IMG/VR virus record: IMGVR_UViG_3300036046_000008
From: a virus
Strand: one strand, 5' to 3'
DNA length: 48,745 nt
A model generated the notes under the pieces. The model searched no databases. It was given only the letters and a program-made list of their open reading frames with translations, and was not told the origin of the DNA. Positions 1 to 6,523 of the stretch are shown piece after piece. The position numbers and the translations under genes were made by a program. The stretch's first letter is position 1, and each line of letters starts with the position of its first letter.

Positions 1-127
1 AGATTGACTACCGCCCCAAAAGCATCCACAGCGTATCTGGGGACTTCGGGGATCCTTCGAAAACCGGTCAACGAACCTCCTCGATCGGATGGAAATTAAC
101 GGTTTTGTAGGGTCGGGAAAAAGGGTC
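1..127. repeat. Window-end duplication: identical to 48619..48745 (terminal redundancy or circular-closure overlap)
   Basis: Direct reading: first 127 nt match last 127 nt exactly; repeat is truncated by the window edge so true length unknown. Confidence 0.9.
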
Positions 128-445
128 GGGAAAAACATCGATTTTCGACCCAAAAAGTTTTCTGGAGAACGTGTTTTTTTCTCTATTTTTTTTACTTTCC
201 AAAAAGTCTTAGAAAGGGGGTATATTTTTCCCGTTTTCCCGACCAAAATGTCCTAAATGTCCGATTTGTACACATTTTAGGCCCTCTTATTGACAATGAA
301 ACCCCCTGTTTTTGCACTAAAATTTTCAAATTTACCCTCTTTTTGGCCCTTTTTTGGCCAACATTTTTCCCGATTTCCCGACCAGTTTTCAAAAACGCTT
401 GGTATCTCATATTTTTCCCGACCCGAAATGTCCGTTTTGTCCTTT
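108..445. repeat. Non-coding AT-rich region with iteron-like repeats (GGGTCGGGAAAAA x2 direct; TTTTCCCGACC x3 inverted; AAATGTCC repeats)
   Basis: Seen in sequence at about 110-135, 228-252, 366-385, 413-442; no credible ORF; lies between last and first gene of the circularised map. Confidence 0.6.
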
Positions 446-508
446 TTTTAGCCTGGAAGATAAAACTAAAATGCCGTGTGGGCACCTTAGTTTTTTGGGG
501 GTGTGAGA

Positions 509-778
509 TCACTTCAGCTCTTCGTTAGCGATAATGATCTCCCATTTAAACTCGCTCATGAGTGTTTCTGCGTCTGGGGCATACTTCAATCCGTGAATGT
601 CAAGTTTGTCGTTGACTCGTCGGCCGGCGAGCTTGATCGCGGCAAGCTCTCGATAATGGTTCTCAAGAATCTCTTCGCGTGCAGCTCGTCCCGCCTGAAC
701 GGTCTTTGCAATCTTAACACCTGCAAGGGCGGAGGATGCCCCAACAACAATCACTCGGGCAAGATAATAGGGGTTCAT
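509..778 (-). CDS. hypothetical protein
   Basis: Track ORF 89 aa; ATG with GAAAGGACC RBS; conserved promoter element immediately upstream. Confidence 0.55.
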   Translation of the reverse strand: MNPYYLARVIVVGASSALAGVKIAKTVQAGRAAREEILENHYRELAAIKLAGRRVNDKLDIHGLKYAPDAETLMSEFKWEIIIANEELK

Positions 779-796
779 CTCGGTCCTTTCAAATAG

Positions 797-833
797 TAGG
801 GGGTCTCATTATATGCCCTGCAATTTTCGCGCG
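797..833 (-). promoter_or_regulatory. Conserved promoter-like element copy (TATAATGAGACCCCCTAC core)
   Basis: Minus strand reads CGCGCGAAAATTGCAGGGCATATAATGAGACCCCCTAC; abuts the tRNA 3' end and precedes gene 509..778. Confidence 0.6.
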
Positions 834-906
834 TGGGCCCCGTGGGACTCGAACCCACACCTTACGGATTAAAAGTCCGCTACTCTGCCAATTGAGCTAG
901 AGGCCC
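834..906 (-). tRNA. tRNA-Lys (anticodon UUU)
   Basis: Manual cloverleaf fold: 7-bp acceptor stem GGGCCTC/GGGGCCC, D-loop AATTGGCA, anticodon loop CTTTTAA, T-loop TTCGAGT, discriminator A; no encoded CCA. Confidence 0.85.
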
Positions 907-913
907 AAACCCC

Positions 914-2062
914 TTACAAATATGCCGAGCGACTAGACTCGTTGAAAGAACGCTTTCGCCGAAGCGCTTCGCGAATTGCCCGATCCAGAGGCGCCGCACT
1001 CATCAACGTGTAGTAATATAACTTCTCATGCTGTGAGTCAAGACGATCGATTCGTCCTTGCGCTTGCTTATACATGCGATACGAATAAGTAAGCGAATAA
1101 AAGCACATAGCGTTAGTCTCAGTGCAATTCCATCCTTCGGCCCCGGCCAGATACTGCACCAAATATACCCAGGAATCTGAGGTCGGGATGTCTTCATGAC
1201 GATGCCCGTTCCATTCCGCAACTGCTACATCTTCGGCAAGCTCCCGCAGGATCGCAAGCTCATAGTCAAAGTTGTAGAATATAACTAAACGGGGATGTTT
1301 TTCCAGCAAAGCCCTCACCGCAAGGAACCTTGTCTCGTCCGTATTCAAGACCTTTCTTGCTACGTAGAAGGTGTTGGAGATAGTCTCGATCGGTGCCTCT
1401 TTGAAGACGTCCCAACGATCCCGCCACACCTGAATATACTTCTCACGGTCGTATTGCACAGGTGTTTCAACGAACTCTCGGTCAAGATGCGATCGGTAAG
1501 TCATCCCCACAAGAATCTGCGCACGCAGCTTGTACAGTTTGGTAAGACCAACGTAGCGATCGACTTTAGGGAACTTGGTAAAAGTATTGTACACGGCATG
1601 TTGCCGGGTGAAATCCGTCTTGTTCTTGTAGAACCCATTTGCGATAAAGACCGGAACGTAATCCATCCATGTGTCGCCCGGCGTTGCCGACAACAAAATC
1701 CAAGGGTTGTCTTTGACGACCTTCAGAAACGCCTTGACCCAGGCCCCATACCCAACCAGTCGCTGTTCGTCCGCAATGAGAAATATACCCTCAGCATCCG
1801 TATATTTCGCCAAGTTCTGCCAACTGTCGACGGTCAACTCCGTTACTCCTACCAAAGCCGCCTCTCGTTCCCAGTCACCGCTGTCCCGCTTCTTCGCAGT
1901 GGTGATGACAAGCAGCTTACGGTCACTGTGGTTCCGCTGGTAATATACCAGAGCGGTCAACGTCTTGCCCGAACCCACAGGACCATACAGAATCTTGCCC
2001 GTCGACAACTTCGCGAGAGCCTCCTCCTGATGCGGATATAGCTTCACGTGTCCGAGGTCCAT
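914..2062 (-). CDS. ATP-dependent helicase (SF2-like)
   Basis: Track ORF 382 aa; Walker A GPVGSGKT, Walker B-like LIADEQ, helicase motif VI-like QGRIDR; start overlaps upstream gene by 19 nt. Confidence 0.6.
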   Translation of the reverse strand: MDLGHVKLYPHQEEALAKLSTGKILYGPVGSGKTLTALVYYQRNHSDRKLLVITTAKKRDSGDWEREAALVGVTELTVDSWQNLAKYTDAEGIFLIADEQRLVGYGAWVKAFLKVVKDNPWILLSATPGDTWMDYVPVFIANGFYKNKTDFTRQHAVYNTFTKFPKVDRYVGLTKLYKLRAQILVGMTYRSHLDREFVETPVQYDREKYIQVWRDRWDVFKEAPIETISNTFYVARKVLNTDETRFLAVRALLEKHPRLVIFYNFDYELAILRELAEDVAVAEWNGHRHEDIPTSDSWVYLVQYLAGAEGWNCTETNAMCFYSLTYSYRMYKQAQGRIDRLDSQHEKLYYYTLMSAAPLDRAIREALRRKRSFNESSRSAYL

Positions 2063-2355
2063 GCAAGATTGGACGCGTTGTTGTAGAACGTATCCCCGTC
2101 CAGATGCGCGACAAGCCCGCCCGGCTCAAAACCAGGAACGAACGCCTTTGCGACGAGGCGGTGCACTACGCGCCAGGTGCGCCCGTCTGCATTGGTCAGT
2201 TGTACGGTCAAATAGGACGTCGTCGTGGCCCCTTCCTGCAACTTGAGCAAAGCGTATGGGACTAGCCTCTTCTTTTGAATATCGTAGACGCGCCCCCAGT
2301 CGCTCACAAGGTAGTTGGGGAATTCGGGGATCGCCAACCACTGCTCGAGATCCAT
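2044..2355 (-). CDS. HNH homing endonuclease (NUMOD4-like N-terminus)
   Basis: 103 aa; IPEFPNYLVSDWGRV N-terminal motif and C-terminal HLDGD...NN..NL HNH-like motif; paralog of 48153..48689; RBS GAAAGGAAG. Confidence 0.6.
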   Translation of the reverse strand: MDLEQWLAIPEFPNYLVSDWGRVYDIQKKRLVPYALLKLQEGATTTSYLTVQLTNADGRTWRVVHRLVAKAFVPGFEPGGLVAHLDGDTFYNNASNLAWTSDT

Positions 2356-2369
2356 CGCACTTCCTTTCA

Positions 2370-2396
2370 GTAGGGGGTCTGATTATATGCTCGCAA
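2370..2396 (-). promoter_or_regulatory. Conserved promoter-like element, partial copy
   Basis: Minus strand TTGCGAGCATATAATCAGACCCCCTAC then GAAAGGAAG and ATG of 2044..2355. Confidence 0.5.
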
Positions 2397-2423
2397 GGCC
2401 GGCGGACAAAACTGTACCCCCAT

Positions 2424-2460
2424 GTAGGGGGTCTCATTATACAACATGTGATTCCCGCGA
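2424..2460 (-). promoter_or_regulatory. Conserved promoter-like element copy
   Basis: Minus strand TCGCGGGAATCACATGTTGTATAATGAGACCCCCTAC; overlaps stop codon of 2437..2895. Confidence 0.55.
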
Positions 2461-2895
2461 GACCGGCCAATAATATGGTAGATCCGCTGGCACCCCCGGC
2501 CACATCAGACTGTATCGACCTGGATCCTTCCGGATGAGATTGCTCTGATGCGAGCGATGAAATTCTTTGATCCCGTGCCACCACGGAACCTGGCGATCCG
2601 GGTATTCCTTTAGCATCTGTGTGAAATATGGCAGTAGAGAGTCTGCGTATCCACGGGTTCGCCAGACTCGGCAGGAGATCAGCCCATATGCGCAAAGCGA
2701 TCCCTCGTAGCCTTGCCACATGCGAGCTGCGGGATGCGTGCGCCACCCCTTAGTCTCCCCACGCAAAGCCTTGAGGATCTGCATCGTCTCGACCCGCTGC
2801 TTTCCAAGGCGTTTTTGGTCTAGACGTGTGAGTGATTCATAATAACCAATCTCAGGCAGAAAAGTGTTGACCATAAATATCTCCCTCCGAGGCAA
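2437..2895 (-). CDS. hypothetical protein
   Basis: Track ORF 152 aa; no motif recognised. Confidence 0.5.
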   Translation of the reverse strand: MPRREIFMVNTFLPEIGYYESLTRLDQKRLGKQRVETMQILKALRGETKGWRTHPAARMWQGYEGSLCAYGLISCRVWRTRGYADSLLPYFTQMLKEYPDRQVPWWHGIKEFHRSHQSNLIRKDPGRYSLMWPGVPADLPYYWPVSRESHVV

Positions 2896-2927
2896 AACTA
2901 AAACCCCTTGTGAGAGTTTTAGTTTTT
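2893..2927 (-). terminator. Terminator-like hairpin (conserved-loop family)
   Basis: Plus AAACTAAAAC-CCCTTGTGAGA-GTTTTAGTTT; between stop of 2938..3195 and start of 2437..2895. Confidence 0.45.
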
Positions 2928-2937
2928 GGCGTCGGCG

Positions 2938-3195
2938 CTACGGCTGCTTACCGTCTACCGCACGTTGGATAGCTCGAGCAATACGTAGAACTCGCATGTC
3001 ATCGTCCATCCAAGCTGCAGAGCTGTCCAAACCAAGTTCGCTAATTAACTCGACTTGCCCGCGCAAATACTCACGACGCATCAGTTGGTCAGCCGTGTGG
3101 TTCAAGGCACAATGCTCGTGCAGACAGATGTCTGTTAGGTCAACACCATCCCATGCACGAGCCGCTGCGTTGACTGCGTCTTGATACGAAACCAT
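2938..3195 (-). CDS. hypothetical protein
   Basis: Track ORF 2938..3303 trimmed to internal ATG with GGAG RBS, because upstream 36 codons overlap 3222..3434. Confidence 0.4.
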   Translation of the reverse strand: MVSYQDAVNAAARAWDGVDLTDICLHEHCALNHTADQLMRREYLRGQVELISELGLDSSAAWMDDDMRVLRIARAIQRAVDGKQP

Positions 3196-3221
3196 AGAAG
3201 TCTCCAAATATAGGTCGGTGA

Positions 3222-3434
3222 TTAGTGGCGAAAAATGGGGTCCAGAGAGAGGAGAACGAATTTGTGCCCTCTGGGTGTGACGTTGGTTCGAATTCCATCC
3301 CAAATAGTGCCTTTAGGCAGGGACAGCGCTCTTTCTGCTTCAGTCACGCTTGCGTAGAGAGTGTTGGTCGTCTTGTCATAGACCATACTCTTAACGCGCC
3401 TGTCAGTCGGATACGGGACGCGGTTTGATCTCAT
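3222..3434 (-). CDS. hypothetical protein
   Basis: Track ORF 70 aa; strong RBS GGAGGA before ATG. Confidence 0.5.
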   Translation of the reverse strand: MRSNRVPYPTDRRVKSMVYDKTTNTLYASVTEAERALSLPKGTIWDGIRTNVTPRGHKFVLLSLDPIFRH

Positions 3435-3447
3435 TAGGTCCTCCGAT

Positions 3448-3480
3448 TTCGTTACACAAGAAGGGGGTTGGTTTTATTCT
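3448..3480 (-). promoter_or_regulatory. Degenerate copy of promoter-like element
   Basis: Minus strand CGCGCAAAACAGAATAAAACCAACCCCCTTC upstream of 3222..3434; weaker match. Confidence 0.3.
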
Positions 3481-3683
3481 GTTTTGCGCGGAGCTGAATT
3501 TGTTTTAACAGGGCCCGGACGATAGCAAATTAAGACGACAACTGATCGAAGTTTGAGCAAATAACCGATACGACGCGTTCCGTCCCAAACCACGCCCGAA
3601 TACAGGTGAGGGTTGTTTGTTTGATAAATATCAATCGTCCGCCCCAAGAGATTTATGTACACCCAATTACGCTGTTTCCGCAT
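3474..3683 (-). CDS. hypothetical protein
   Basis: Track ORF 69 aa; AAGGAGA RBS. Confidence 0.35.
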   Translation of the reverse strand: MRKQRNWVYINLLGRTIDIYQTNNPHLYSGVVWDGTRRIGYLLKLRSVVVLICYRPGPVKTNSAPRKTE

Positions 3684-3948
3684 CTCCAGTCTCCTTAAGA
3701 ACGTCGATTTGATACCAGCGCCCTACCGAGAAGTCATACTTGGGAAACGCAATTGTCCGCGCGTCTTGCGTGCGCATTACAACGTGCATTGGTAGAATAT
3801 ACTCGATCACACCCTGATAGAGCTCGATACTTCCCTGATGCGGCTCGGGACCATCGGGCAGCCAGAGAGTGACTTGCAAGACTGTATTGTTCTTGGCCCA
3901 AATCGCGATTTGCTTATCCATGTCCACGGCGCTTCGGTCAAAGCTCAT
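3667..3948 (-). CDS. hypothetical protein
   Basis: Track ORF 3667..4005 trimmed to ATG at 3948 directly after upstream stop. Confidence 0.45.
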   Translation of the reverse strand: MSFDRSAVDMDKQIAIWAKNNTVLQVTLWLPDGPEPHQGSIELYQGVIEYILPMHVVMRTQDARTIAFPKYDFSVGRWYQIDVLKETGDAETA

Positions 3949-3949
3949 T

Positions 3950-4174
3950 TCAGATTCCCTCCGGTAACGAGATCTCTTCGGGCGTGATGATAACGAGACC
4001 GCCAATTATGCGATCCTTCGTATGGGGGCCAATTCGCAAAAAGTTCTGTTCCTCTTGCGTCAACAAGATATAGCGCAACCACGGGTTATTATCGCGCGCG
4101 GCTATCATCTTGGCGTAGATGGCGCGTCCTAACAATCTGTCAAGAATGATTCGTGTCGGGTCCGATGATTCCAC
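3950..4174 (-). CDS. hypothetical protein
   Basis: Track ORF 74 aa; GTG start with AGGTGAAG RBS. Confidence 0.45.
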   Translation of the reverse strand: MESSDPTRIILDRLLGRAIYAKMIAARDNNPWLRYILLTQEEQNFLRIGPHTKDRIIGGLVIITPEEISLPEGI

Positions 4175-4186
4175 GTCTTCACCTGT

Positions 4187-4438
4187 CTAGTTAAATTTGG
4201 GACGGATTTTACTTTGCTGGTCGGACAAATATCCGCGGTCGTTCGGTTTCTTGCCCGACGGTGTCACACGCACCCATTCGCCTCGGGCGATCATCTTCTC
4301 TTCGTCCTCGGTTGCTGGCCGACGTTTGATCACGGGACCGGCTGCGGTTCCAGCTCCGCCTTTTGTTCCGGGCCGACCTGTGAAAACGACTTCGGGTGTT
4401 CGCCGATTCTTGTACCAGATCAAATCGTGGGTGGACAC
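4187..4438 (-). CDS. hypothetical basic protein
   Basis: Track ORF 83 aa; GTG start 5 nt after GGTAGGAGG RBS; preferred over overlapping Arg-rich frame 4209..4490. Confidence 0.5.
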   Translation of the reverse strand: MSTHDLIWYKNRRTPEVVFTGRPGTKGGAGTAAGPVIKRRPATEDEEKMIARGEWVRVTPSGKKPNDRGYLSDQQSKIRPKFN

Positions 4439-4657
4439 AGCGCCTCCTACCGGATAATCGTGAATATAACCAGGATCCAGACCAAGACAATGAACGTGAT
4501 GACTAGCACGAATAGCAGGTCTTCCACATTTTGCTCTTTTCGCCGCAGGGGTTCCGGGCGCCTGTTGGTCGTTTAAGAGCCGCAGCTAGGTGCGAAACTT
4601 CTTCTGCGGATCCCCGACGAAAAATATAGACCATTGTTCAACGACTAAACAGTCGTT

Positions 4658-4690
4658 GTGGTCTCATTATAGACGATGTAAAATTCGCGA
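4658..4690 (-). promoter_or_regulatory. Conserved promoter-like element copy
   Basis: Minus strand TCGCGAATTTTACATCGTCTATAATGAGACCAC; adjacent perfect 8-bp hairpin at about 4638..4657; no ORF of 60 aa or more downstream. Confidence 0.5.
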
Positions 4691-4692
4691 GG

Positions 4693-4938
4693 CTAGCGCA
4701 TCTTTCTTACCGCCCGTCGAAACGCAACATACCGTTCCTCATGCTTTTCGCTCCACGTCCGTCGAACCGCAGACACGACTACCACGCCAACTCGGGTATA
4801 GCTTCGGGCAGCCCACTCGCAATTTTCCCATTCCGTCTGCCATGTCCGGCGCCATATCGGTTTTTCCCGTTGCACGCGGTAAATAGTAAGATCGGACAAG
4901 TCAACAAGATTACGCCAGAATCGTTTAACCCACATCAA
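4693..4938 (-). CDS. hypothetical protein
   Basis: Track ORF 81 aa; start overlaps upstream stop. Confidence 0.4.
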   Translation of the reverse strand: MMWVKRFWRNLVDLSDLTIYRVQREKPIWRRTWQTEWENCEWAARSYTRVGVVVVSAVRRTWSEKHEERYVAFRRAVRKMR

Positions 4939-5141
4939 CGACTGCGCCCCTGCAAAGTTAGGGCTTCTTGGCGGCCGGCCTCAATAGCGCGTTGGAACCA
5001 GACGGTTAGAGTTTTGTGGTCGGGGACACTCCCCTGAATGCGATCGCCAAAAACCGCGAGAAAATGAGTAGCCCAGTCGCTTGGGTCAGTGTTGAACTCA
5101 TCCATCATCGCCCACATTTTGCTTAGGTGCGACTCGCACAT
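4935..5141 (-). CDS. hypothetical protein (start uncertain)
   Basis: Track ORF 4935..5228 trimmed to first internal ATG; no clear RBS. Confidence 0.3.
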   Translation of the reverse strand: MCESHLSKMWAMMDEFNTDPSDWATHFLAVFGDRIQGSVPDHKTLTVWFQRAIEAGRQEALTLQGRSR

Positions 5142-5310
5142 AATGCTTGTTTGGAACGGCCCAGGTAACGCCGGCCGCAACGCCAAAAGCCACCACAGCT
5201 TGCAGGATCTCACTCCATAGCAGTCCATCGTCGACCAGCGGCACCAGATATGCGATGGCAGCGAACAAGCCCGATAGAAGGGCTTTTCTCGACTCGAGCA
5301 CCAAGTCCAT
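5098..5310 (-). CDS. hypothetical membrane protein
   Basis: Track ORF 5098..5328 starts at TTG; ATG at 5310 has AAAGGAG RBS; hydrophobic segments. Confidence 0.4.
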   Translation of the reverse strand: MDLVLESRKALLSGLFAAIAYLVPLVDDGLLWSEILQAVVAFGVAAGVTWAVPNKHYVRVAPKQNVGDDG

Positions 5311-5404
5311 GACTAATCTCCTTTGCAAGTAGAATATAGGGCGCTCTGTTGAGTCGTTTAAGATGAGCGGTACCGGCGCCGCTCCATCCCCTATCTTTCC
5401 TGTC

Positions 5405-5743
5405 TCAGCTAGTGTGACTGAAGACCTTGACTTCAGGCTCCGGATTGATGAGAACGAGCTCCTCGCCCAGATCAGTCACCGGCTCGAAGTTGCTCTCGAA
5501 TGCGCGAGTGGTATACACCTTGAAGCCTCGTCCCGCGTAGAGAACCCAGTCCCCAGCAAACGCTCGAGTCTGCCCCGTCGACAAGGGGCGCTGCACGTTC
5601 ACCTTGACGAACGGCGTCCTCGATGCGGTGTAACGCACCTCGCCATCGCACCAATCGGCGACATCCTCCAGGTTGTCCTCGGTGACCTGAACGGCCTCGA
5701 CCTCGAACGGCTTACGCTTGTACAGCTCCGGGCTGACACCCAT
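5405..5743 (-). CDS. hypothetical protein
   Basis: Track ORF 112 aa; strong RBS AGGAGA. Confidence 0.65.
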   Translation of the reverse strand: MGVSPELYKRKPFEVEAVQVTEDNLEDVADWCDGEVRYTASRTPFVKVNVQRPLSTGQTRAFAGDWVLYAGRGFKVYTTRAFESNFEPVTDLGEELVLINPEPEVKVFSHTS

Positions 5744-5764
5744 TTGACTTTCTCCTCTTGTGAG

Positions 5765-6043
5765 TCAACGATAATAGACGCCGGCAACGACGACGCCTTT
5801 CCAACGCACTGGCCCAGCGTGCACCTTAGTGGACCAGCTTTTACATTGTGCGAGAACAGGGCAATCGTAGCAGATGTTCTGGGCCTGCCTTACAAGACCC
5901 TGGCGCGCCCAGTTACCTCTGCCGTCAAATATAAACGAGTCTGGAAACTGCGCGCACAACGCATCTCCCATCCATTCATACTTTTTTACAACTTCGAACA
6001 AAGGGCTATATACGTCGCTGTCAAACACTAGCCTCATCCCCAT
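5765..6043 (-). CDS. WhiB-like (Wbl) Fe-S transcription regulator
   Basis: Four-Cys pattern C-x27-C-x2-C-x5-C (DALCAQ ... ICYDCPVLAQC), size typical of Wbl; ATG second codon of track ORF. Confidence 0.55.
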   Translation of the reverse strand: MGMRLVFDSDVYSPLFEVVKKYEWMGDALCAQFPDSFIFDGRGNWARQGLVRQAQNICYDCPVLAQCKSWSTKVHAGPVRWKGVVVAGVYYR

Positions 6044-6509
6044 CAAACTCTGCGTACTTCAGAGCCAATGGGTCTTCGATAATAGTCACGTAGAGCGACT
6101 GCAAATATGCCTTGATTCCGCTTTTACCCTGGACTTTCCATTCATACGGACGGACAATAAGATCGCAGCTCTTAATATCGACCCAATCCAGCATCTCCAC
6201 ATCTGCCTCGGAGAGACGCGTCTGTCCACGAGACGTGATCTGGATGACGGTAGGGGGCCGGCCTTTGAAATTAACCGCGACTGGCAGCCACGGCTGATCA
6301 AGATCGCCTTCCTCTCTTGCCCGCAGGTATTTAATGTTGTAGCCGCAGTCCTCAAGGTGGTCTGCTTCAGACTGCGACGGAATCAGAACGCCGAAGTTTC
6401 GATCTCCTTCTCGATTATACATCCCCTCCTTCCCTGAGAAGTTGCGGAAAATAAGCCGCACATCTTGCATCACAACAGTTGGCTCGCAAGCGCGAAGCTC
6501 ACTACCCAT
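6021..6509 (-). CDS. hypothetical protein
   Basis: Track ORF 162 aa; ATG with AGGAGG RBS. Confidence 0.6.
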   Translation of the reverse strand: MGSELRACEPTVVMQDVRLIFRNFSGKEGMYNREGDRNFGVLIPSQSEADHLEDCGYNIKYLRAREEGDLDQPWLPVAVNFKGRPPTVIQITSRGQTRLSEADVEMLDWVDIKSCDLIVRPYEWKVQGKSGIKAYLQSLYVTIIEDPLALKYAEFDGDEASV

Positions 6510-6523
6510 CTATTCCTCCTGCG

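Noticed and set aside
192-512. Minus-strand ORF of 106 aa across the repeat-rich region
   Set aside because: Its translation is just the iteron-like repeats (Lys/Arg/Phe-rich, no RBS); the region is better explained as non-coding.
1295-2041. Long plus-strand ORFs in the track (for example 1295..2041, 5363..6031, 21719..22525, 27613..29082, 40902..41894)
   Set aside because: Each lies antisense within a longer minus-strand gene with recognisable motifs, has biased low-complexity composition (Arg/Pro/Ser-rich) and no RBS; treated as shadow ORFs.
2126-2746. ORFs containing MRPPTERK / IMRPPT peptides (2126..2746, 13455..13649, N-termini of 16461..16673 and 17296..17607)
   Set aside because: These peptides are the conserved promoter element translated in one frame; the corresponding ORFs or N-terminal extensions are artefacts and true starts lie downstream.
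3225-3305. Possible tRNA suggested by GGTTCGAATTCC T-loop-like string
   Set aside because: No acceptor stem or anticodon arm could be folded around it; lies inside coding sequence.
4209-4490. Arg-rich 93-aa minus-strand ORF
   Set aside because: Overlaps the better-supported frame 4187..4438 (strong AGGAGG RBS); composition looks like an out-of-frame translation.
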